Shown here piece by piece: positions 9,813 to 18,161 of a stretch of DNA of 64,000 bases; position 1 is the stretch's first letter, and every line of letters starts with the position of its first letter. The DNA lies in the NCBI GenBank assembly GCA_037445065.1, contig JBBILD010000003.1, positions 173,190-237,189 on the forward strand, written 5' to 3'. A program made the position numbers and the translations under genes. The stretch comes from Myxococcales bacterium. Lineage in GTDB: Bacteria; Desulfobacterota; Binatia; HRBIN30. The notes beneath the pieces are model-generated. The model did not search any database. It was not told the origin of the DNA and saw only the letters and a program-made list of their open reading frames with translations.

Positions 9813-10178
9813 ATGCAACAGGAACCAGACTTTGACAAGCGCGGTGGCCTAGTGGTGGCGGTGGCGCAGGACGCGGACAGTGGCGAAGTCCTGATGGTTG
9901 CCTACATGAACCGTGAGGCATGGCAGCGCACGCTAGCCACGGGCCGAGCTTGCTACTGGAGCACATCGCGGCAGAAGCTTTGGGTGAAGGGTGAGACATC
10001 CGGCCACTTTCAAGAAGTCGCGGAAGTGCGGGTGGACTGTGATTCGGATGCGGTTCTGTTGAAAGTGCGCCAGCTTGGGGGAGCGGCTTGCCACGAAGGC
10101 TACAAGAGCTGTTTTTTTCGCCGGGTTGATCCGCAAGGGTGGACGGTGGTCGAGTCACGGGTAGTCGCGCCTGAGTAA
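9813..10178 (+). CDS. hisI: phosphoribosyl-AMP cyclohydrolase (monofunctional)
   Basis: [36 protein letters not shown]; start at ATG 9813. Confidence 0.95.
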   Translation: MQQEPDFDKRGGLVVAVAQDADSGEVLMVAYMNREAWQRTLATGRACYWSTSRQKLWVKGETSGHFQEVAEVRVDCDSDAVLLKVRQLGGAACHEGYKSCFFRRVDPQGWTVVESRVVAPE

Positions 10179-10201
10179 ACCCGTTTCCGGGGTGTTGAAC
10201 G

Positions 10202-11113
10202 ATGGAGGCACCTTCCGCGCAGCAGCGGCTCAAGCTGGGAATTCCAAAAGGGAGTTTGCAAGAAGCCACGGTTGAACTCTTTCGCCGCGCAGGGTGGAAA
10301 ATTGCGATTTCGGATCGCAGTTACTTCCCGACGATCGACGACCCTACGATCCGGTGTTCACTGGTGCGCGCCCAGGAGATGGCTCGGTACGTGGAGGACG
10401 GCACCTTGGACGCTGGGATTACGGGCATCGATTGGATTCGTGAGAACAACGCCAACGTACAGGTGGTGTGTGATTTGGTGTATTCGAAGTCGAGTTTTCG
10501 CCCGACTCGCTGGGTCCTTGTGGTTCCTGAGGATTCACCGGTTCAAAAACCCGAGGACTTGCGCGGGAAAAGAATCGCCACCGAGCTCGTGAACTTTACC
10601 CGCAAGTACTTTGCGGAGAGAAACATCCCCGTCGAAGTGGAATTTTCGTGGGGAGCGACCGAGGCGAAAGCGGCTGATGGTCTGGTAGATGCGATTGTCG
10701 AGGTCACCGAAACGGGAAGTACGATCCGCGCAAATCGATTGCGTATCGTTTGTGAACTCTTTCAATCGAACCCGCAGCTCATCGCGAACGCACGCGCGTG
10801 GGAGGAAGCCTGGAAGCGTGCAAAGATCGAGCAGATTGCTTTGCTGCTCCAAGGAGCACTGGAAGCGGAGGGCAAAGTGGGAATTAAAATGAACGTTCCG
10901 AAAAGTCGGCTCGAGCAAGTGGTGGCGCTCATACCGAGTCTGACCGCACCCACCGTTTCGCCCTTGTTTCCGACGGGGGCTCTAGCCGGGCAAGAATGGT
11001 ACGCGGTGGAAAGCGTGATTCCTGAGGCACAGGTGCGGGAATTAATCCCCCGCTTGATTCGTGAAGGGGCGACCGGGATTATCGAGTATCCGCTGAACAA
11101 AATCGTGGGCTAA
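10202..11113 (+). CDS. hisG: ATP phosphoribosyltransferase, long form
   Basis: [30 protein letters not shown], plus C-terminal regulatory domain (PTVSPL). Confidence 0.96.
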   Translation: MEAPSAQQRLKLGIPKGSLQEATVELFRRAGWKIAISDRSYFPTIDDPTIRCSLVRAQEMARYVEDGTLDAGITGIDWIRENNANVQVVCDLVYSKSSFRPTRWVLVVPEDSPVQKPEDLRGKRIATELVNFTRKYFAERNIPVEVEFSWGATEAKAADGLVDAIVEVTETGSTIRANRLRIVCELFQSNPQLIANARAWEEAWKRAKIEQIALLLQGALEAEGKVGIKMNVPKSRLEQVVALIPSLTAPTVSPLFPTGALAGQEWYAVESVIPEAQVRELIPRLIREGATGIIEYPLNKIVG

Positions 11114-11134
11114 CTGTTCGCGTGCGGGTGAGAC

Positions 11135-11527
11135 ATGGCGCGAGTAATTCATGGCAAATGGTGGGCCCACTGTCTCGTTGCTGGACTCCTGTTTTTGGGA
11201 GGCTGCGAGACAGATACAGAGGCTCGGGCCCGCAAGGCCGCCGAGAAGATCAAGGAGTCCATACCGGACGTGCAAGCGCGAGCGTTGGCTCAACCGGTCA
11301 CCGAAGAGGATGTTCGCCTGGCACAAACCGCGCTGCGCGCTGTGCACGAATACTTGGGCGAAATCAACGGTAAGTTGGATTCTGTAACGGTGAATGCGAT
11401 CCAAGCGTTCCAGCGGTCGCGCGGACTGCGGGACGACGGGATTCTGGACGAGCGGACCAAACAGGAGTTGCGCGCGGTGTTAGAGAGTGGAAGCGAGGCG
11501 GCGCGCAAGGCTTCTGGCAGTCGCTGA
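11135..11527 (+). CDS. peptidoglycan-binding domain lipoprotein
   Basis: Lipobox-like LGGC; PG-binding-like segment AQTAL...GEINGKLD..TVNAIQAFQRSRGLRDDGILD. Confidence 0.8.
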   Translation: MARVIHGKWWAHCLVAGLLFLGGCETDTEARARKAAEKIKESIPDVQARALAQPVTEEDVRLAQTALRAVHEYLGEINGKLDSVTVNAIQAFQRSRGLRDDGILDERTKQELRAVLESGSEAARKASGSR

Positions 11528-11612
11528 AACAGCGTTCGCCCGAAGTGACCCAAAACTCTCGAACTAGCGACGTTAGCCAAGCCGGTGCTTCAGCGTCCGA
11601 TAGGGGCAGGAC

Positions 11613-12863
11613 GTGAATACGCGCAATCAGGTGGTCGCGTTTGGTCTGAGCGCCATGGCGGTCGCGTACTTGGACCGCGTTTGCATCGCGGCTGCCGCAC
11701 CGAAGATCCGCGCCGACTTGGCGCTCAGCGATGCGCAACTCGGCTACGTATTCAGTGCTTTTACCTTAGCCTATGCGCTGTTCGAAATGCCCAGCGGGTA
11801 CTTGGCAGATCGTTTCGGGGCGCGTTTGATGATGGCGCGGATCGTTGTATGGTGGTCTGGCCTGACCACGCTCACCGGCGCCGCAACCGGTTTCTTTTCT
11901 CTGCTCGTCACCCGCTTTTTGTTCGGTGTTGGAGAGGCGGGTGTGATGCCGACCCTGGCGCGAGCGTTCGGGCGTTGGTTACCGTGGCATGAGAGTGGGC
12001 GCGCTTTTGGTGCCACCATTATGGCGGGCGCAGTGGCGGGAGCCGTGACCCAGCCGCTTGCCATGGCCTTGTTCGAAGAGATTGGTTGGCGAGCTGGATT
12101 CGTTTGCTTCGGTTGTGTCGGCCTTGTTTGGGTCTGGTTCTGGTTGCGCTGGTTCTATGATGAGCCCCAGCTGCACCCGCGTATTCGTCCGGAGGAACTC
12201 CAGTTGATCTTGGCGCAGCGGGTAGGGGAAGGGTCAGGAATCCATTGGACGAAGACTCTGTTGCGCAATGAGTACCTAGGGCTCTGCGGGAGCTACTTTC
12301 TGGTGATTTACGGCTGGTACTTCTACATCACTTGGTTGCCGTCGTACTTGATTCGCGCGCGCGGATTCGGAGCTTTGGAGGCGGGAGGGTTCGCTGCCTT
12401 ACCGTTGGTTGCCATTGCGGTCGGCGTCGCCCTAGGCGGCTGGCTTAGTGACGCACTTTCTAAGCGCTTTGGAGGGGTGCTCGGGAGGGGGTTGCCGGGA
12501 TCGCTAGGACTCTTCGCGGCGGCGAGTTGCTTGGGTGGCAGCGTTCACGTGGAGCACGCGGTTTGGGCGGCGGCGTTGCTCTCCGTGGCTGCGGGTTTCG
12601 CCGCTCTGAGCGTGGCTCCTGCTTGGGCCGCGTGCAACGAGCTGGGTGGCAAGGACGCGGGTGTTCTCACCGGGGGGATGAACATGTGCGGGAACTTTGG
12701 GGGAGCGCTGAACGGTGTGGTGATCGGCTGGATGCAAGAAGCCTGGGGTTCTTGGGATTCGGGTCTGTGGACGATCGTTGTGGGGTACTTTCTTGGGGCT
12801 TTGCTCTGGTTATGGATGAGCTGTCCGAAGTACGTGCGCTCTCTCCCACGCGCAGGGAGGTAG
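11613..12863 (+). CDS. MFS transporter (anion:cation symporter-like)
   Basis: YLDR, motif A GYLADRFGAR, RFLFGVGEAG, about 12 TM. Confidence 0.9.
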   Translation: MNTRNQVVAFGLSAMAVAYLDRVCIAAAAPKIRADLALSDAQLGYVFSAFTLAYALFEMPSGYLADRFGARLMMARIVVWWSGLTTLTGAATGFFSLLVTRFLFGVGEAGVMPTLARAFGRWLPWHESGRAFGATIMAGAVAGAVTQPLAMALFEEIGWRAGFVCFGCVGLVWVWFWLRWFYDEPQLHPRIRPEELQLILAQRVGEGSGIHWTKTLLRNEYLGLCGSYFLVIYGWYFYITWLPSYLIRARGFGALEAGGFAALPLVAIAVGVALGGWLSDALSKRFGGVLGRGLPGSLGLFAAASCLGGSVHVEHAVWAAALLSVAAGFAALSVAPAWAACNELGGKDAGVLTGGMNMCGNFGGALNGVVIGWMQEAWGSWDSGLWTIVVGYFLGALLWLWMSCPKYVRSLPRAGR

Positions 12864-12872
12864 TGGTTGAAA

Positions 12873-14255
12873 TCAGTGCTTTGTCAGAAGCTCGTACCCG
12901 GATTGTCTGCCACGCTGGATGAGTAGAAGTACGGAGTCGCCTGCGCGGGCAAGCGCTGTCTCGCACGAGCGAACCGAGCTCACCGGCTGTTGGTCTACTT
13001 GCCGAATCACGTCTCCAGGCTGCAGCCCGGCTTGGTCAGCCGGGCTTGCAGGAAGGACTTGCCGGATCACGACGCCGCGCGTGCCTCGGGGGATACCGAG
13101 CCGACTGGCAAGATGGGGGGTCAAATCCGTGAGCACCAAGCCCCATTCCGCGGCGGCCTGTTGCCCCGTTCGACCACGATCTTCGAACCCAGGCTGATCG
13201 GCAATCGTGACTCTCGTCTGGAATTGTTTGCCATTCCGGATGTACGCTAGGGGCGCCTTCGTGCCCACCGGCAGTTCAGCGATCTTCGCGGTGAGCTGGC
13301 GGCTTTCTTCGATAGCCACGCCATTGAACTCCACCACTATATCGCCCCGTTCTAGACCAGCCTTTTCCGCTGGACTTGCGGGTTCGACCTCGACAACGAG
13401 TGCCCCCCGCGGCCGGTCCAACCCGAAGGCGTCAGCCATGTCCTGCGTGACATCCTGGATAGAAATGCCCAGCCAGCCGCGAATCACTCGGCCGTGCTCT
13501 TTGAGTTCGCTGATCACCTTGCGGGCGAGGTTGATCGGGATGGCGAACCCGATACCAATATTACCGCCACTACGGCTCAAAATGGCCGAGTTGATTCCTA
13601 CGACCTCGCCCTTGAGATTGAGAAGGGGACCGCCTGAGTTTCCCGGGTTAATGGAGGCGTCGGTCTGGATGAAGTCATCGTAGGGCCCAGCTCCAATCGC
13701 ACGATCTTTGGCGCTCACGATGCCGGCAGTAACCGTTGAGGCTAAGCCGAAGGGGTTACCGACAGCGACTACCCAGTCGCCCACTTCGAGCGAGTCAGAA
13801 TCACCTAGTGTGGCGGCGGGCAGGGGGTTGCGGGGGCGGATCTTGAGCAGGGCAATGTCTGTTTTCTGATCCATTCCCACTAACCGGGCGTCGTACTCCT
13901 CACGCGTCGCGAGCCGGACACGGATTTGCTGCGCCATAGCCACGACGTGTGCATTCGTCACGACGTAGCCATCGCCGCTGACGATAAATCCTGAGCCGAG
14001 GCTCTGTTGCTTTTGGGCGAAATAGGGTAGCCCAGGACCGAAGAATTGGCGGAAAAAGTCCTCGACAGGATCTCCCGTACTGCCGGGCACGCGCACGACG
14101 CGCGTCGAAAAGATATGCACCACGATCGAGCGAGCTGCCCGGGCGACGGGTGCAAACGACTCTGGAACTGAATTCAGGGCCAGTGCGTGCTGTGTTCCCC
14201 ACCACAGCGTGACTGCGGCCCCGAGGGAGGGGATGAGGGCGAGTTTGCTGCGCAT
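12873..14255 (-). CDS. HtrA/DegQ periplasmic serine protease with two PDZ domains
   Basis: TNAHV, DIALL, GNSGGPL catalytic triad motifs; signal peptide from ATG 14255. Confidence 0.95.
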   Translation of the reverse strand: MRSKLALIPSLGAAVTLWWGTQHALALNSVPESFAPVARAARSIVVHIFSTRVVRVPGSTGDPVEDFFRQFFGPGLPYFAQKQQSLGSGFIVSGDGYVVTNAHVVAMAQQIRVRLATREEYDARLVGMDQKTDIALLKIRPRNPLPAATLGDSDSLEVGDWVVAVGNPFGLASTVTAGIVSAKDRAIGAGPYDDFIQTDASINPGNSGGPLLNLKGEVVGINSAILSRSGGNIGIGFAIPINLARKVISELKEHGRVIRGWLGISIQDVTQDMADAFGLDRPRGALVVEVEPASPAEKAGLERGDIVVEFNGVAIEESRQLTAKIAELPVGTKAPLAYIRNGKQFQTRVTIADQPGFEDRGRTGQQAAAEWGLVLTDLTPHLASRLGIPRGTRGVVIRQVLPASPADQAGLQPGDVIRQVDQQPVSSVRSCETALARAGDSVLLLIQRGRQSGYELLTKH

Positions 14256-14342
14256 GGATTTGTGAGCGCGGTTCGCTAGCAGCACAGCGGTGAAGAATCT
14301 AGCTTCGTAGCTGTGTGGCGGTTGCCGAGCGGGGAGCGGGAG

Positions 14343-17300
14343 ATGAGCGAAAGACGCAGGCTTCGCCGGTTCGTGATTGCTGCGGCAACTGCGGCTCTCC
14401 TCGCTCTGGCAGTGCTCGTCTTGTTTTCGTCCCTGCGCGGGTACTTGGAGCGGCGGGTAGCAGATTGGGTGCGAGAGGTGCTGCCCCGTAGTTGCGCGGT
14501 TCGCATCCTGCGCCTGAGCATGATTCCTCCGCAGGTTGGAGCTGGCGGCGTAAAGTGTGGCGGTCCGTTCTTGGAGGCCGAGGAACTTCAAGTGTGGTTG
14601 GATGTTGCCTCATCGTTGAGGAACCGAGAACTGCGGTTCTTTGTGCGCGCCCACGGTGTTCTGCTCGACTGGCGCCTCGAGGGAGCGGAGGATCAGTCAG
14701 CGGGGGAAGTCGAGATAGCTGGTGAGGCGTGGGGGTTTCCGATTGTGGCCTCATTCGAGGTGGAAGGGTTAGCGATGCGGTTACCTTATCCCGGACTGCT
14801 CGATGTCGACCTCTCCGCGCAACGGGCCGAAGGATGGATTCGAGTACGTCCCCGATGGGATCGGGGCGAGATGCAGTTGGCGGCGCGTTTTGTTCGCTGG
14901 CAGCGCGGGAACGCGGGGATAAACGCCCGAGAGCTGGATGCAAAGGTTCAATGGAACATGGTTGCCGTGCAGCTGGAGCAGTTGCGTGTGCAGGGCGACG
15001 CGTTCTCGATTGCTGCTCAGTGGGACGGCGTAGAAAAGACCCTCTTCCGGTTGCATGTCCCAGTTTTGTTTGTCGGGGCGTTCTTAAACCTTCCTGAGGA
15101 TTTCGGGGGCGAATTGGAGGCAGAGGGAAGTCTCGAGGGAAGCTTGTTGGATCCCCGTGTCGAGGCCGTCGTGATGCTTCGCAATGGTGTTTACCGAAAT
15201 CGAGCGCTGGATCAATTTTCGACCGTTCTTCTGCGGGCAGGGGGCTTGGTCTCGCTCGAGCGCGCTCGCGGCCGCTTTGGTGAAGGCGACTTGAGTGGGG
15301 AAGTGCTGTTTTCCTTGACGGAACCACCGTGGATGCAGGTGGCCCTCAGTTTTCGTTGTGGGCACACAACGGAGTGTGAAGGGATCCAGTTGCTCGGTAG
15401 GACGGGGCCAGTGGTTCGACCCGTGGCAGGGGAACTTCTTGCGGTGGGCACCCTCGACCCTCTCGGCGTCGAGTGGAGTGCCGGTGGGGAGGTTTCTCTG
15501 GGTGATAGAGGGGAAGGCCAGTCGTACAACCTGACATGGGGAGCCGACGGTCACCTGGACTCGGACGGTGTCGCGGCAGGCGGAACGTTGAGGGGCGAAT
15601 CCCTTGGAACACTGGGATTTCAGGCTCACTGGCGCGATAACGAGGTAGCTTTGTTTGGAGAAATCGAAACCGAACAAGTGAGAAATCTGATCGCCGTGTT
15701 CGGGGCTCGTCCGGCGCTTCCGGCAATCGAGGGGCGATGGAAAGTGGTTGGGCAGGCTGAGGGGCCAATGTCTGCCTTGGCTTGGCGGGCGCACCTGCTC
15801 GCATCCTCTGTACGTGTCGGGCAGCAGGTAATGGAGAGTTTGCGCTGCAAAGCCTCTGGGCTCGGGAGATCCTGGAAAGTCGAGGAGTGCGACTTTCTGC
15901 AGGACAGTGACAAACGACTCCAGCTGAGCCTGGTAGCGGCGGACAACTGGACCGAACGCATCCGGATGCGTGCGAGAGCAAACGCCTTTTCCTTGGATTT
16001 CGTTTGGCCGTTAGTTGGTTCCGTCGTGCCTTTGGGAAACCTGGTTTCAGGCGGCGTTGTCACGGGTGCGTGGGAGTGGCCGCCAGCGCGAGAGAATCGG
16101 ATCACGATCGGGTCTTTGCGTCTCTTAGGAGAGCCGATCCGCGAAGCCCAAATCGTGTTAGGCCCGCTCGGAACATTGGGGCAGCAGGTGCATGCCGAAA
16201 TCGAACTCTTGGAAGCTGGCAAGATTGTGCTCAGCGGCCAGATACTCGCGGATAGAGATGGGAGGTTGGAAATCAAAAGCGACGCGTTGGACGTGTCGCG
16301 CTTGCGACTTGCGCGTGATTGGCAAGTGGCAGGACGCGCGGAAGTGACTGGCGAAATGGACATGCAGTGGCCTCCGGAGCACGGTGCGTTCCGCTTCTTG
16401 ATCCAAGGGGCCGGTTGGCGCGGTTGGGAGCTGGGAGAGGTAGATGCCGGGGTCACAATCGGGGAGAGAGAATGGAGGCTGGAAGCGAAGGCACTCGAGG
16501 GGCAGGTCGTCCTGAGCAGTACTGTGCAGCCCGGTGGGCCGCTGCCCTTCGATTTAGGTGTCAGGCTGAACGTGAGTCGGATTGTAGCCTTGGAGCGTCG
16601 AGGCTTGAGTGTGGCGTTACGAGGCGGGGCCTCGCTTCGGGGACAACTCGCACCGTGGGAGGTGCAACGCGGTGAATTAGAGTTCACGAACTGTGAGTTA
16701 CGGAGGGGGTTTTTTACGATCCGGCTCAGTCAGCCGTTCGTAGCGCGGTTCGACGAAAAAGAAATCGCGGTTCCGACAGTGAATTTCGAATTGCCGAGCG
16801 GCCGGGCGAGCTTTTCTGCGTTTCGCTCAGGTAGAAACCGCTGGGAGGCGAAGCTCCGTGCAGATGCGGACATTTCGTGGATTTCCGGCGTATTTGCGGA
16901 GGGCCTGGCAGTTGGGGGACACGTCACGATCGCAGTGGATCTTGAGCGTGACGAAGGAGGTGACTGGCGGAGCAGCGGGGAAGCTCGACTCGTACAAGGC
17001 AGCTTCGAGCGAGATGGAATGCCCGCCATTAATGATGCGGCAGTGTTTGTAAGGCTAGAAGAAACGCAGGTTCCGCAACTACGCGCATCCGGGAACCTAG
17101 GCCGGGGTAGATTCGATATTCATGGCCGGGCCGATTTGAACGACGGTCCTGCGCTCGTTTGGGAGATCCACGACGTGGAACTAGAAGATCTAGCTGGATG
17201 GGAGGCCGTGCTTGAGGGTCGCGGAACGCTGAACGGTGGTTGGGACAGTCTGGTTTGGAGTGGTGACCTGGTGATCGAGCGAGCCGAGTACAGAGCAGAT

Positions 17301-18161
17301 GTGGGCTTGCTGGACTTACTCGCGTGGCTTCGTGAGCGGTGGTTTGTGAGGCAACAACCCCCCATTCGGGCGGCTGAGTCAGTACCGCTGGCAATCGATC
17401 TTAAGGTGTATTCCAGTGGCGGGGTGGCGATCCGGAATAACATTGCAGACGTTGAGCTTTGGGTGGACACGTGGTTGCGTGGGCCGGTTGCGGCTCCTCA
17501 ACTGGGCGGTCGAATCGGAGTGCTTGGCGGCCAAGTGAGCTTTCAAGGTCGCTCGCTGGAGATCACGCAGGGAGTAATCGAGTTCTTGGACCCAAATAAG
17601 CCGGACCCTTGGATTCACATCGTGGCCGAAACCGAGGTGAGGTCCGGGACGAACGACTACTGGGTCACAGTGACTGTCGAGGGTCCGTCCAGTGCCGTAG
17701 CCGTACGGCTGGCGGCCGACGATCCCTCCTTGGCTGAAGACGACATCCTATCTTTGCTGCTTTTCGGGCGCCCGCGCGCTGAGTTACAGGCTGGCGCAGC
17801 AGGGGTGAGCCCGTTGGGCATGGCGATTCGGCTGGTGCCCGCGAGCTTGATCGAGCGCCCGATAACGGAGTTTCTCGGAGTCGATCGCTTCGAAGTGTCT
17901 GCAGCCCCCGGACGGGACACTTCGGCGCTCGAGCCGCGCTTGACCGTCGGCAAGGCAATTACGGAGGAGTTGCTGGCTTCCGTGGTTTCAACGGTGGGCT
18001 TTCAGAGCCGGCAGTCAGTTCAGCTCGAATACCGGCTCGCCCGCCGTGTGTCGCTTCTGGGATCTTGGGAAAGCGGGACGACTGAAGCCGCGGGGGCTTT
18101 CGGAGTCGAGTTGAAGTTTCGCCTCGAGTCTTATCGAGTGCCGTTCTCGGTGTGCCAGTGA
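14343..18161 (+). CDS. tamB: translocation/assembly module TamB-like protein
   Basis: N-terminal signal anchor, long beta-rich body, C-terminal TamB-like segment (DPSLAEDDILSLLLFG, LTVGKAI); adjacent to an Omp85 gene. Confidence 0.8.
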   Translation: MSERRRLRRFVIAAATAALLALAVLVLFSSLRGYLERRVADWVREVLPRSCAVRILRLSMIPPQVGAGGVKCGGPFLEAEELQVWLDVASSLRNRELRFFVRAHGVLLDWRLEGAEDQSAGEVEIAGEAWGFPIVASFEVEGLAMRLPYPGLLDVDLSAQRAEGWIRVRPRWDRGEMQLAARFVRWQRGNAGINARELDAKVQWNMVAVQLEQLRVQGDAFSIAAQWDGVEKTLFRLHVPVLFVGAFLNLPEDFGGELEAEGSLEGSLLDPRVEAVVMLRNGVYRNRALDQFSTVLLRAGGLVSLERARGRFGEGDLSGEVLFSLTEPPWMQVALSFRCGHTTECEGIQLLGRTGPVVRPVAGELLAVGTLDPLGVEWSAGGEVSLGDRGEGQSYNLTWGADGHLDSDGVAAGGTLRGESLGTLGFQAHWRDNEVALFGEIETEQVRNLIAVFGARPALPAIEGRWKVVGQAEGPMSALAWRAHLLASSVRVGQQVMESLRCKASGLGRSWKVEECDFLQDSDKRLQLSLVAADNWTERIRMRARANAFSLDFVWPLVGSVVPLGNLVSGGVVTGAWEWPPARENRITIGSLRLLGEPIREAQIVLGPLGTLGQQVHAEIELLEAGKIVLSGQILADRDGRLEIKSDALDVSRLRLARDWQVAGRAEVTGEMDMQWPPEHGAFRFLIQGAGWRGWELGEVDAGVTIGEREWRLEAKALEGQVVLSSTVQPGGPLPFDLGVRLNVSRIVALERRGLSVALRGGASLRGQLAPWEVQRGELEFTNCELRRGFFTIRLSQPFVARFDEKEIAVPTVNFELPSGRASFSAFRSGRNRWEAKLRADADISWISGVFAEGLAVGGHVTIAVDLERDEGGDWRSSGEARLVQGSFERDGMPAINDAAVFVRLEETQVPQLRASGNLGRGRFDIHGRADLNDGPALVWEIHDVELEDLAGWEAVLEGRGTLNGGWDSLVWSGDLVIERAEYRADVGLLDLLAWLRERWFVRQQPPIRAAESVPLAIDLKVYSSGGVAIRNNIADVELWVDTWLRGPVAAPQLGGRIGVLGGQVSFQGRSLEITQGVIEFLDPNKPDPWIHIVAETEVRSGTNDYWVTVTVEGPSSAVAVRLAADDPSLAEDDILSLLLFGRPRAELQAGAAGVSPLGMAIRLVPASLIERPITEFLGVDRFEVSAAPGRDTSALEPRLTVGKAITEELLASVVSTVGFQSRQSVQLEYRLARRVSLLGSWESGTTEAAGAFGVELKFRLESYRVPFSVCQ

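Noticed and set aside
14256..14591. N-terminal extensions in the ORF track (DegQ, MATE, GGCT, TlpA, lgt, hisI, NUDIX, clpP)
   Set aside because: They overlap neighbouring genes or lack family character, so downstream starts were used.
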